From contig CATLEX010000002.1 of NCBI GenBank assembly GCA_949927455.1, forward strand, positions 1 to 59,517: DNA of 59,517 nucleotides. The letters run 5' to 3'. The stretch's first letter is position 1. Each line of letters opens with the position of its first letter. The notes below the pieces were generated by a model. That model saw only the letters and a program-made list of their open reading frames with translations. It made no database searches and had not been told where the DNA came from. Shown here piece after piece: positions 1 to 9,286 of this stretch. Both the position numbers and the translations under genes were made by a program. Origin of the DNA: an uncultured Clostridia bacterium (GTDB lineage Bacteria > Bacillota > Clostridia > TANB77 > CAG-508).

Positions 1-1
1 A

Positions 2-223
2 GTAAATGAAATTTTAGAGCCAAGGGAAGTAGAGGTGAAAACAAGATATTCGTCAAAGTTATCAAAGGCAAGAATTTGGCAAGATGGTAAATATATGAAA
101 GTTGTTTTTGAAGAACCACAAAGAGCTATTACACCTGGGCAATCTGCTGTTTTTTATCAAGGTGATATTGTGATAGGAGGTGGAAAATTCACAAAAAATT
201 CACAAAAAGACAATATTGTGTAA
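2..223 (+). CDS. mnmA: tRNA 2-thiouridylase MnmA, C-terminal end (5' part lies outside the window)
   Basis: Frame is open from the window edge. The tail [27 protein letters not shown] matches the conserved MnmA/TrmU C-terminus. Confidence 0.6.
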   Translation, partial: VNEILEPREVEVKTRYSSKLSKARIWQDGKYMKVVFEEPQRAITPGQSAVFYQGDIVIGGGKFTKNSQKDNIV

Positions 224-299
224 ATGAATTTGTGATATATAATAAAAAATATGGAAATTTTGTCGAATATAAATTTCCAAAATTGAAGGAGGATAAAAT

Positions 300-746
300 A
301 TGATAGCGATTGGGTGTGATCATGGAGGATACAAATTAAAAGAAGAAATTAAAAAATATTTAGAAGAGCAAGGAATTGAATATAAAGATTTTGGGACGTA
401 TTCAGAAGAGAGAACAGATTATCCATTATATGGAGAACAAGTAGCAAGAGCAGTTCAAAATAAAGATTGTGAAAAAGGGATTTTGATTTGTGGTACTGGA
501 TTTGGTATGAGTATTTTTGCTAATAAATTTAGGGGAATTCGTTGTGCTTCTTGTTGGAATGAAGAAGTTGCTAAGCTTTTAAAAGCGCATAATAATGCCA
601 ATATTATTTCTTTACCAGGGAGATTTATTAATATATCTCAAGCAGTGGTTATTTTAAGAGCTTGGCTTGGTACTGAATTTATGGGAGGTAGACATACAGA
701 TAGATTACAAATGATAGAGGATATTGAAGACAAAAATATGAAATAA
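300..746 (+). CDS. rpiB: Ribose-5-phosphate isomerase B (RpiB/LacA/LacB family)
   Basis: MIAIGCDHGGYKLKEEI... and ILICGTGFGMSIFANK motifs typical of RpiB. AGGAGG RBS upstream. Confidence 0.85.
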   Translation: MIAIGCDHGGYKLKEEIKKYLEEQGIEYKDFGTYSEERTDYPLYGEQVARAVQNKDCEKGILICGTGFGMSIFANKFRGIRCASCWNEEVAKLLKAHNNANIISLPGRFINISQAVVILRAWLGTEFMGGRHTDRLQMIEDIEDKNMK

Positions 747-793
747 ATTATTTACAAAAATTAAGTATACATGAGAAAGGAAAGGTTGTTAAA

Positions 794-1930
794 ATGTGGG
801 GAGATATAGCAATCGCTTTTATGATAGCATTTATGACATCTTTTATGATGACACCTCAAACAATTCGTTTGGCGAAGAAGTTGGGAGCGGTGGATTATCC
901 AGAGGATGAAAGACGCATTAATCAAATTACAATGCCAAGACTAGGTGGTTTAGCTGTAATTGCTGGTTTTATTATATCGATTGTATATTTACTAATTGTG
1001 ATGACAATGGAGGGAAATATTAATTTATCAAAAGACGACTATCATGCAAAATTGCTTGGATTTGCAATGGGTGGATTAATCATAGGAATGGTTTGTTTTT
1101 ATGATGATATAAAAGGGACAAAAGCAGTAATTAAATTGATGGCACAGATTGTGGCAGCAATTATTGTAGTCAAATCTGGAATTATTATTGATTCAATTGA
1201 TATTCCGTTTATCAAAATTGATAGTGATAGTGAATTGTTTTATGAAATTTTAACAGTTTGTTGGATTATAGGAATTACTAATGCACTGAATTTGATTGAT
1301 GGATTGGATGGCTTATCAACAGGTATTTCAATTATTTCTTGTGTATCACTTTTGATGATTTTTTCACTCAATGGTTCACCAATTATTTCTATTATTTTGA
1401 TTACAGCATTATGCGGTTCATTGGTTGGCTTTTTGCCATATAATTTTAATCCAGCCAAAACTTTTATTGGTGATACTGGTTCAAATTTTTTGGGATATTG
1501 TTTGTCGATTATTTCCATTTTGGGAATTGCTAAAACCTATACAGCAATTGTAATTGTAGCACCACTCATTGTACTAGCTTTGCCTTTGGTTGATACAGTT
1601 TTTGCTATTTTTAGAAGGTTAATTCATGGCAAATCTTTAAAAGCAATTATTGAGCCTGATGCAGGACATTTACATCATAAAATGTTGCAAAAAGGATTTA
1701 CGCAAAAACAAGCAGTTTTGATTTTGTATGGATTGAGCGCAACTTTTGGTATGTTTGCGATTATTTTGATGGAAAGTGGCATTTGGAAAGCATTATCATT
1801 TGCACTGATTATCATTGTGATTATTGCAATGGGATATAAAGAATTTTTTAAACAACGTTTGCTTAGTGATAATGAAGAACCAGAACAACAGATTGATGGA
1901 CAGATAAATATAGAAGACAGGAATATTTAG
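794..1930 (+). CDS. Glycosyltransferase family 4, undecaprenyl-phosphate GlcNAc-1-phosphate transferase (WecA/TagO/MraY-like)
   Basis: Polytopic membrane protein with NALNLIDGLDGL and FIGDTGSNFLGY motifs of the MraY/WecA family. Confidence 0.8.
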   Translation: MWGDIAIAFMIAFMTSFMMTPQTIRLAKKLGAVDYPEDERRINQITMPRLGGLAVIAGFIISIVYLLIVMTMEGNINLSKDDYHAKLLGFAMGGLIIGMVCFYDDIKGTKAVIKLMAQIVAAIIVVKSGIIIDSIDIPFIKIDSDSELFYEILTVCWIIGITNALNLIDGLDGLSTGISIISCVSLLMIFSLNGSPIISIILITALCGSLVGFLPYNFNPAKTFIGDTGSNFLGYCLSIISILGIAKTYTAIVIVAPLIVLALPLVDTVFAIFRRLIHGKSLKAIIEPDAGHLHHKMLQKGFTQKQAVLILYGLSATFGMFAIILMESGIWKALSFALIIIVIIAMGYKEFFKQRLLSDNEEPEQQIDGQINIEDRNI

Positions 1931-1933
1931 GAT

Positions 1934-3568
1934 ATGAATAAAATAAAAAATTTATTATCAAAATTATCACAAGACTTAAAAGATTTGATGAGAAAATTTC
2001 CAGTTACAATGTCAATTATTATATTTTTGACATTGTTGTTTACAGTGATAATTGACCAGAATTTTTCAAGAAATACAAGAGAAATTTTAGAAAAAATAGA
2101 AATGTTTTGTATGATTTGGGCAGTAGGAACATTTTTTACAGAGATTTTTTTTGCGAAAAGAACCAATCAAATGATAAGCTACATTTTGACTGCAATAGTC
2201 AGTCTTGTTTTTGTGCGATTAACTTATATGACATTATCGCCAGATATAGCGATTATATGGGAGAAAATTTTAGCAACTTATATTCCCGTTTTAATTTTAA
2301 TTAGTATTTATAAAATTATTAAAAATAATGATTTAACATTGGAGAAATACTTTATTTGTGTATTTAGAGATTTGTTGAATATGAGCATTATTTATGTAAT
2401 TTTGAATATAGGTTTTGTGTTAATTGTAGAAATTTTTAATTTGTTGATATTAGATGGCAGAGCAAATATGGGAATTATAAGAACTTTGACGCTACTTTAT
2501 GGTTTGTTTTATGTGCCTTCGATTTTATATTCAGTTAGTAGCATTAATAAAAAGGAAATGAATGCTTTTATCAAAGGTTTGGTAAATTATGTTCTATTGC
2601 CATTAGTTATTATTGCAATGGCGATTATTTATTTGTATATTGCTAAAATTTTGATTTTAAGAGATATGCCCAAAAACGTTATCTTTAGAATATTAGCTGG
2701 AATTTTTATAATTGGCTTTCCAGTTTGGAATATGGCGAGTTGCTATGGAGAAGGAAAAAGATGGATTGGAAAAATAACAAAAATATTACCAGTTTTATAT
2801 GTTCCATTTATTTTTTTAGAAATGTATGCCATTGGGGTTAGAATTCAAGAATTTGGTGTGACGCCACTACGTTACGTGTCATGTATTTTTATTGTATTTC
2901 AAATGATTTGTTTGGGACTTACTTTTTATAAAAATAAAGAGAAATTAAGTTTTGTATTAGTTAGTATGGCAGTTCTTGTTTTTGTTGCAATATTAACACC
3001 ATTTGGATATGAAAATATTTCTAATTTAAGTCAGAAGAAAATAATTGAGAAATGGTTGCCAGAAAATACTGAGTTTGCAGTTTTAAATGAAATCGAAAAA
3101 GCGAAGGTAAAAAGTGCCTATCGTTATTTGGAACAAGAAGTAAATGGAGATAAATATATACCAGAATATTTGTCAGAAGAATTAATAAAAGAAATAAATT
3201 CTTTTTATAAAGAAGGAAAAAATGATTATGCGAGATATCAATATTTTTCCCGTCGTAAAGATTTGAATTTAGATATTAGTGATTATAGAAAAATTAGCAA
3301 AATGGAAACAAATAAGACATTATATGGTAAAACTACTGTTCTTGAAATAAATGAGAAAAATCTAGATTTTAGTGATTTTCTAAATCAAGTTATACAAAAA
3401 CATAAAGAAAGCAAACTGGAGGCTGAAAACTATTTTGATGAGAATAATTTGATAAATCTAAATGAAACAGAAGATTTTTATATGGAATATATCAGTTTAA
3501 GATATGAAGATGAAGGAGAAATAGAAACTTTTAGTATAGAAGGATATTTATTAGAAAAATACAAATAA
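1934..3568 (+). CDS. Polytopic membrane protein of unknown function with a soluble C-terminal domain
   Basis: 544-aa ORF 3 nt after the preceding gene. Many hydrophobic helices followed by a charged C-terminal region. Confidence 0.6.
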   Translation: MNKIKNLLSKLSQDLKDLMRKFPVTMSIIIFLTLLFTVIIDQNFSRNTREILEKIEMFCMIWAVGTFFTEIFFAKRTNQMISYILTAIVSLVFVRLTYMTLSPDIAIIWEKILATYIPVLILISIYKIIKNNDLTLEKYFICVFRDLLNMSIIYVILNIGFVLIVEIFNLLILDGRANMGIIRTLTLLYGLFYVPSILYSVSSINKKEMNAFIKGLVNYVLLPLVIIAMAIIYLYIAKILILRDMPKNVIFRILAGIFIIGFPVWNMASCYGEGKRWIGKITKILPVLYVPFIFLEMYAIGVRIQEFGVTPLRYVSCIFIVFQMICLGLTFYKNKEKLSFVLVSMAVLVFVAILTPFGYENISNLSQKKIIEKWLPENTEFAVLNEIEKAKVKSAYRYLEQEVNGDKYIPEYLSEELIKEINSFYKEGKNDYARYQYFSRRKDLNLDISDYRKISKMETNKTLYGKTTVLEINEKNLDFSDFLNQVIQKHKESKLEAENYFDENNLINLNETEDFYMEYISLRYEDEGEIETFSIEGYLLEKYK

Positions 3569-3610
3569 AAAATATGGAGGTGATAGAATCTGAACTTAGA
3601 AGAAAATGAA

Positions 3611-4027
3611 ATGGGAAAAAAATTAACACAAGCATCTTCTAATAAAGCTAAAATAGTCATTTATGTAATTATTAGAACAGCTTTAGTTCTTCTTATTTGC
3701 TTGGCAGGAGTGCGAGGAATTCATGGCTTAAAAGAATGGTTTAGCAGTTTAAGGGGAATATTAATATTCTGTGTGTTATTTATGTTGGGTCTTGTTTGGA
3801 GTTTGTATCCATTAATTCATTTACGTGATTTTTTGATTTTTTATGAAAATGGAATTTGTATTAATGGCAAAAAATATTTTTTTACAGAAATTGGTAAAGT
3901 TGGATTTTGTGATTATCAAACAGGCATTATAACACATCAAATGATGCAAACTGATTTGCGAAATTTTGATGTAACTTATGTGGAAAGACCAAAACGAGCT
4001 TATAATGAAGCATATTTTAATCAATAA
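3611..4027 (+). CDS. Hypothetical small membrane protein
   Basis: 138-aa ORF with two predicted TM helices. No recognisable family. Confidence 0.45.
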   Translation: MGKKLTQASSNKAKIVIYVIIRTALVLLICLAGVRGIHGLKEWFSSLRGILIFCVLFMLGLVWSLYPLIHLRDFLIFYENGICINGKKYFFTEIGKVGFCDYQTGIITHQMMQTDLRNFDVTYVERPKRAYNEAYFNQ

Positions 4028-4039
4028 AAGGGGGAAGAA

Positions 4040-4633
4040 ATGGAAAGTAAGTATATTGTAATAGGAGTAGTTGCTTTAGTGGTTTTATTTGTTATTTTTT
4101 ACATAAAAGCAACGATTGATGAAAAAAAGGGTGAGAATAGTGAAGAAAAGCAAAAAGTAAAAGATATTATTAAGAAAGTAGTTCCAGACCCAGAAGCATA
4201 TACAGCGGCTTATGCTATATGGGAAAAAATTGATATTGGTGGTGGCGGAAGGACAATTACAACAACAACGCATTATTGGTATTATGCAGTTGGATTTAAA
4301 ACTGGTTCATTGTATGTTGTACCGTTATCCTTTGATGGAGGAGACATGAGCTATGGAGAGGCAATGAGCTTTACAAAAGAAAATGTTGGAATGGTAAATG
4401 CAAAAGAAGGTGATAGTTGGATGACACTTTATGATTTAGAAAAAAATGAAATGGTTAATATTATTGTAGGACCTAGTAATACAAAAGATGACAAATATCA
4501 TCCTGTTAATATTCAACAAAAGGAGGAATACCAATCGTTTTGTGAATTTGTAAAAGATTTTATGAAAGAAGTAAATGATTATCATCAAGTTACTGTTACA
4601 GGAAAAGTTGGTAAGCCATTACCAAAGAAATAA
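4040..4633 (+). CDS. Hypothetical membrane-anchored protein
   Basis: 197-aa ORF, GGGGGAAG RBS, single N-terminal TM helix. Confidence 0.5.
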   Translation: MESKYIVIGVVALVVLFVIFYIKATIDEKKGENSEEKQKVKDIIKKVVPDPEAYTAAYAIWEKIDIGGGGRTITTTTHYWYYAVGFKTGSLYVVPLSFDGGDMSYGEAMSFTKENVGMVNAKEGDSWMTLYDLEKNEMVNIIVGPSNTKDDKYHPVNIQQKEEYQSFCEFVKDFMKEVNDYHQVTVTGKVGKPLPKK

Positions 4634-4641
4634 TGTTCAAT

Positions 4642-4695
4642 AAAAGCCTAGTTTTGAAAAATAAAATTTTATTTCAATGTAGGCTTTTTATTTTG
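4642..4695 (+). terminator. Rho-independent terminator candidate
   Basis: AAAAGCCTA ... TAGGCTTTT stem followed by a T-run. Confidence 0.4.
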
Positions 4696-4726
4696 AATTC
4701 CTATTCTAATTTTTTTGAATTTTTTA

Positions 4727-4755
4727 TTGTAATTTTTTTAAATTCGTTATATAAT
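4727..4755 (+). promoter_or_regulatory. Sigma-A-like promoter candidate for gatCAB
   Basis: TTGTAA, 17 nt spacer, TATAAT. Confidence 0.35.
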
Positions 4756-4790
4756 GCAAAAATAAGAAAAACTGTGAGGAGGAAAAGAAA

Positions 4791-5081
4791 ATGGCAGATA
4801 TTTCCAAAGAAGAGATTGTTCATATTGCAAAACTTGCAATGCTTAATTTGACAGAGAAAGAAATTGAAGGCTATACGAAAGATATGCAAGATATTTTAGC
4901 TTATGCTGAAATGATTAATCAGTTAGATACATCAGATACAGATGAAACTATTGCTGCAATAGAGCAAAAAAATGTATTTAGAAAAGATGAAATGATAGAA
5001 TTTAAAAATAGAGATATTTTATTGCAAAATGCGCCAAGTCAAGAGGAGGGAATGTTCCAAATTCCAAAAGTGATTAATTAA
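4791..5081 (+). CDS. gatC: Asp/Glu-tRNA amidotransferase subunit C
   Basis: 96 aa starting MADISKEEIVHIAKLAMLNLTEKE..., first gene of the gatCAB order. Confidence 0.9.
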   Translation: MADISKEEIVHIAKLAMLNLTEKEIEGYTKDMQDILAYAEMINQLDTSDTDETIAAIEQKNVFRKDEMIEFKNRDILLQNAPSQEEGMFQIPKVIN

Positions 5082-5097
5082 GAGAGGAGATTCTTAG

Positions 5098-6567
5098 ATG
5101 GAACTTTATGAATTAACTGTTCATGAATTAGTGGATAAATTAGAAAAAAATGAAATAACGTCTGAGGAAATTGTAAAGAGTTATTTTAATCGAATAAAAG
5201 AAAAGGATAGTTTGGTTAAAGCTTATATTACAACTTTAGAAGAACAAGCTATGCAACAGGCAAAAGAAGTTGATACAAAAAGAAAAGCTGGCGAAAAATT
5301 GGGAAAGTTTGCAGGAATTCCAATTGGTATAAAAGATAATATGTGCCTTACAGGAACCAAAACGACGTGTGCGTCAAAGATGTTAGAAAATTTTGTTGCG
5401 CCATATGATGCATCTGTTATTGAGAAATTAAAGCAGGAAAATATGATTTATCTTGGAAAATTAAATATGGATGAGTTTGCAATGGGAAGTTCAACAGAAA
5501 ATTCAAGTTTTTTTAATACTCATAATCCTTGGGATTTATCAAGAGTGCCAGGAGGCTCTTCAGGTGGAAGTGCAGCAGCAGTAAGTGCTAATATGGCTCC
5601 TTGGACTTTAGGGAGTGATACAGGAGGTTCGATTCGTCAACCAGCAAGTTTGTGTGGTGTGGTTGGTTTAAAGCCAACGTATGGACTGGTTTCAAGATTT
5701 GGTTTGATTGCTTATGCGTCTTCACTTGACCAAATTGGTCCGATTACAAAAGATGTTACAGATAGTGCGATATTACTAAATTTAATTGCTGGTCATGATG
5801 CAAAAGATACAACTTCAATAGATATGCCAAAGAAAGACTATACGAGTAGTCTTATAAATGATGTCAAAGGCATGAAAATAGGTGTTCCAAGAGAATATCT
5901 GGGAGAGGGAACAAGTACAGAAGTAAAAGAAGCTATATTTCGAGTGATAAAAAAGTATCAAGAGCTTGGAGCAACTGTGGAGGAATGTTCATTTGATCTT
6001 GGTAAATATGCATCTGCTGCATATTATATGATAGCTTGTGCAGAAGCCAGTTCTAATTTGGGAAGATTTGACGGAATTCGTTATGGATATAGAAGTGAGA
6101 AATTTAGCAATTTGAAAGATATTTATAAAAATTCAAGAAGTGAAGGTTTTGGTGCAGAAGTTAAAAGAAGAATTATTTTGGGAACATATGTATTAAGCTC
6201 TGGCTATTATGATGCGTATTACAAAAAAGCCCAAAAAGTGAGAACATTGATTAAAAATGCTTATGGTGAGTTATTTGAAAAGTATGATTTGCTACTAACG
6301 CCGACTTCTCCAACAACAGCGTTTAAAATAGGAGAAAAAACGGCAAGTCCTTTAGAAATGTATATGGCGGATATTTGTACAGTTCCAGTCAATATTGGAG
6401 GTTTGCCAGGAATGAGTGTACCATGTGAATTAGATTCAAAAGGATTACCGATTAGTTTTCAATTGATTGCCAAACCATTTGCAGAAGAAATGATTTTTCG
6501 TGCTGCCTACACATATGAGCAAAATACAAATTTTAGAGAGAAAAATCAGCCAACATTTAAAGGGTAA
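5098..6567 (+). CDS. gatA: Asp/Glu-tRNA amidotransferase subunit A
   Basis: Amidase signature [11 protein letters not shown] and gatCAB context. Confidence 0.95.
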   Translation: MELYELTVHELVDKLEKNEITSEEIVKSYFNRIKEKDSLVKAYITTLEEQAMQQAKEVDTKRKAGEKLGKFAGIPIGIKDNMCLTGTKTTCASKMLENFVAPYDASVIEKLKQENMIYLGKLNMDEFAMGSSTENSSFFNTHNPWDLSRVPGGSSGGSAAAVSANMAPWTLGSDTGGSIRQPASLCGVVGLKPTYGLVSRFGLIAYASSLDQIGPITKDVTDSAILLNLIAGHDAKDTTSIDMPKKDYTSSLINDVKGMKIGVPREYLGEGTSTEVKEAIFRVIKKYQELGATVEECSFDLGKYASAAYYMIACAEASSNLGRFDGIRYGYRSEKFSNLKDIYKNSRSEGFGAEVKRRIILGTYVLSSGYYDAYYKKAQKVRTLIKNAYGELFEKYDLLLTPTSPTTAFKIGEKTASPLEMYMADICTVPVNIGGLPGMSVPCELDSKGLPISFQLIAKPFAEEMIFRAAYTYEQNTNFREKNQPTFKG

Positions 6568-6584
6568 AAGGAAAGGAGAATAAT

Positions 6585-8027
6585 ATGTCAAAAGAAGATT
6601 ATGAAATGGTGATTGGTTTAGAAGTGCATTGTGAGCTTTCGACCAAAACAAAAATATTTTGTAGTTGTCAAAACGAGTTTGGTGGTGAGCCGAATACACA
6701 TTGTTGTCCAATTTGCATGGCAATGCCAGGAACGTTGCCTGTTTTGAATGAAAAAGTCGTGGAATATGCCGTTAAAGCTGGACTTGCGACCAATTGTATG
6801 ATTTCTCAAAATAGCAAAAATGATCGAAAAAATTATTTTTATCCAGATTTGCCAAAAGCCTACCAAATTTCTCAATATGATATGCCATTATGTCAAAATG
6901 GGTATGTAACAATTGAAACAGAAGAAGGCGAAAAAAAGATACGTTTATTGCGTATTCACATAGAGGAAGATGCTGGAAAGTTAAACCATGATGATTATGG
7001 AAGGGGTACTTTTGTGGATTTGAATCGAGCTGGTGTTCCGCTAATTGAATGCGTTTCTGAGCCAGATTTGCGAAGTCCACAGGAGGCAGAAGCTTATCTT
7101 CGAAAATTGAAATCTATTTTTGAATATATTGGAATTTCAGATTGCAAAATGCAAGAAGGTTCTCTTCGTGCAGATGTGAATGTTTCTGTTCGCAAAAAGG
7201 GCTCAAAGGAATTTGGAACAAGAACAGAATGTAAAAATATGAATTCTTTTAGAAGCATTATTCGTGAGATTGAGTATGAAGCAAATCGTCAAATTGAGGT
7301 GCTTGAAAATGGAGGAGTTGTAGAACAAGCAACACTTCGTTGGGATGATATTTCGGGCAGAACGTTCTCTATGAGAGATAAAGAAGATGCAGAAGATTAT
7401 CGTTATTTTCCAGATCCAGATTTGGTGGCGATTAAATTGTCTGACGAATATATTGAAAATATTAAAAATGCTTTGCCAGAATTGCCAGAAATACGCAAAA
7501 AGAGATATTTGGAAGAATATCAATTAATTCCAAAAGCAGCGAATTTTGTAACGAGTTCAAAATATTATTCTGATATGTTTGAAGAAGCAATTGAGGTTTG
7601 TAAAAATCCGAAAACGGCAAGCAATTTAATGATGTCTGAAATGGCAAGAATTTTAAATGAGAGAGAAGAAGAACCAGAAGATATTTCGTTTACTGGAAAA
7701 GAATTGGGCGAATTGGTAGAATTGATTGATAAAGGCACCATTAGTTCAAGTATTGCCAAAAAGGTTTTAGAGGAATTGTTTGTCGATCCAAATGCTAAGC
7801 CAAGTGAAATTATTGAGAAAAATGGTTGGGTTCAAATTTCAGATGAAGGAGCAATGAAGGAAGTTGTAAATAAAATTTTGCTAGCTAATCCACAATCAAT
7901 TGCAGATTTCAAAGCAGGAAAGGATAGAGCTTTGGGATTTTTAGTTGGGCAAGCTATGAAGGAAACAAAAGGAAAAGCAAATCCACAGTTGCTAAATAAA
8001 TTGTTTTTAGAGGAATTAAAGAAGTAA
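6585..8027 (+). CDS. gatB: Asp/Glu-tRNA amidotransferase subunit B
   Basis: VIGLEVHCEL...YFYPDLPKAYQISQ motifs and a C-terminal YqeY-like tail. Confidence 0.95.
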   Translation: MSKEDYEMVIGLEVHCELSTKTKIFCSCQNEFGGEPNTHCCPICMAMPGTLPVLNEKVVEYAVKAGLATNCMISQNSKNDRKNYFYPDLPKAYQISQYDMPLCQNGYVTIETEEGEKKIRLLRIHIEEDAGKLNHDDYGRGTFVDLNRAGVPLIECVSEPDLRSPQEAEAYLRKLKSIFEYIGISDCKMQEGSLRADVNVSVRKKGSKEFGTRTECKNMNSFRSIIREIEYEANRQIEVLENGGVVEQATLRWDDISGRTFSMRDKEDAEDYRYFPDPDLVAIKLSDEYIENIKNALPELPEIRKKRYLEEYQLIPKAANFVTSSKYYSDMFEEAIEVCKNPKTASNLMMSEMARILNEREEEPEDISFTGKELGELVELIDKGTISSSIAKKVLEELFVDPNAKPSEIIEKNGWVQISDEGAMKEVVNKILLANPQSIADFKAGKDRALGFLVGQAMKETKGKANPQLLNKLFLEELKK

Positions 8028-8101
8028 AAATATAATTTCTACTAGTGAGGTTTGCTATAGGCAAAACCGAACGGAGTTAAGAATTAACGGAAGATAGAGT
8101 T

Positions 8102-8137
8102 GGCTGGAAAGTCACGAAAACCAGCCATTGGTTTTCG
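8102..8137 (+). repeat. Palindromic element with two mutually exclusive hairpins (GGCTGG/CCAGCC and CGAAAACCA/TGGTTTTCG)
   Basis: Read directly. A shorter relative, GCTGGAAAAAACCAGCC, lies at 45657..45673. Confidence 0.5.
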
Positions 8138-8152
8138 TACGAGGAAGGGATT

Positions 8153-8183
8153 AAAAGGGAAGGGCGAGTAGCCTTTCCCTTTT
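8153..8183. terminator. Bidirectional terminator between gatB and the convergent minus-strand ORF
   Basis: AAAAGGGAAGGG-loop-CCTTTCCCTTTT hairpin with A/T runs on both sides. Confidence 0.7.
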
Positions 8184-8185
8184 AA

Positions 8186-8437
8186 CTAGCTATTCTCTTT
8201 TTTCCATTTTCCAATCACTAATGCAAAAGCCACAGGGAACAAACCTACCATAAGTCCAGTTCGATAGATAATAATACTTGCTCGATAAAGATTAATCGAT
8301 ATGTAATAGGTATTGTAAAAAGAAAGTAGAAATAATCCAGTTAGACAAATAATAATAGATATGAGAAAACATTTCTCAATCAAGTGAATGGATTTCGGCT
8401 CGAAATATGGTTTATATTTATCAATAAAATGTTGCAT
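8186..8437 (-). CDS. Hypothetical small membrane protein
   Basis: 83-aa ORF, GGAGG RBS, two hydrophobic helices. Confidence 0.5.
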   Translation of the reverse strand: MQHFIDKYKPYFEPKSIHLIEKCFLISIIICLTGLFLLSFYNTYYISINLYRASIIIYRTGLMVGLFPVAFALVIGKWKKENS

Positions 8438-8533
8438 AGAAAACCTCCTAAAATTCTTTATTTTTAATCATGTTAAATTAATCGTAACATTTTAAAAGGC
8501 AAATTGCAAATGAAATTATTGGTAAAAGAGTGT

Positions 8534-8567
8534 ATAAAAAAATAATCGTCTTTATCAGGCGATTATT
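8534..8567 (-). terminator. rpsT terminator
   Basis: On the minus strand: AATAATCG-loop-CGATTATT followed by a T-run. It overlaps the stop codon. Confidence 0.6.
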
Positions 8568-8826
8568 TTACAGTATTTAATTTTTTTGCTAAAGCAGATT
8601 TTTTTCTAGATGCTGTATTTTTTTTGATTACACCTTTTGAGCAAGCTTGGTCAATTTTTTTAACAGCTAATTTAAAATTTTCTTCTGCTTTTGATTTATC
8701 TCCAGCTTCAATTGCTTCTAAAAAGTTTCTAGTAGTAGTTCTTGTAGCTGATTTTATCATTTTATTTCTACGTGTTTTTGTTTCAATTACTCTAGTTCTT
8801 TTAATAGCAGATTTAATATTTGGCAT
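8563..8826 (-). CDS. rpsT: 30S ribosomal protein S20
   Basis: MPNIKSAIKRTRVIETKTRRNK... The start was moved to the ATG preceded by GGGAGGTG. Confidence 0.9.
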   Translation of the reverse strand: MPNIKSAIKRTRVIETKTRRNKMIKSATRTTTRNFLEAIEAGDKSKAEENFKLAVKKIDQACSKGVIKKNTASRKKSALAKKLNTVK

Positions 8827-8930
8827 TTTTGCACCTCCCATAATTTGACATTATAAATTTACTTCACTTATTTTAACACAAATATTTTTAAAATGCAAGT
8901 ATTTTTTTGAAAAAACTTTTTAAAAATAAA

Positions 8931-8959
8931 TTGACACAGACAAGAATTTATGATAATAT
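8931..8959 (+). promoter_or_regulatory. Sigma-A promoter of the ileS leader
   Basis: TTGACA, 17 nt spacer, TAATAT with an upstream TG (extended -10). Confidence 0.55.
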
Positions 8960-8965
8960 AACAAA

Positions 8966-9257
8966 AATGATAAAAACAAAGAAAAGGACACGATGTATAA
9001 TAGTAAAACTTTTAGAGAGCCAAAAGTAAGCTGAAATTTTGGTAAGAAAATAAATTATGCATTATCACCTTAGAGTTGATTTGCTGAAATAGCTATGGAT
9101 TGATGCTATATCAATCTAAGTTTGTAGTAAGCTAATCCGTAAATCTTGCGTTAAAAGAAAATAAAGAGAGAATTTTTTACTAGAAAATTTCTAATTTAGG
9201 TGGTACCGCGGAAATAAAAGCATTTCGTCCTATGTTTTAGGGTGAAATGCTTTTTTA
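8966..9257 (+). promoter_or_regulatory. T-box riboswitch leader (Ile) with terminator
   Basis: AGAGAG/GCTGAAA stem-I elements. T-box sequence AATTTAGGTGGTACCGCG at 9193..9210. Terminator AGCATTTC...GAAATGCT plus T-run at 9217..9257. Candidate ATC specifier at 9064..9066 (low confidence). Confidence 0.8.
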
Positions 9258-9286
9258 ATGCAAGAAAATTAAAAGGAGGAATAAAA

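Noticed and set aside
4633-4851. 72-aa ORF between the hypothetical gene and gatC
   Set aside because: It spans a terminator hairpin and the gatC promoter and RBS. It has a phenylalanine/leucine-rich AT-driven composition and overlaps the gatC start.
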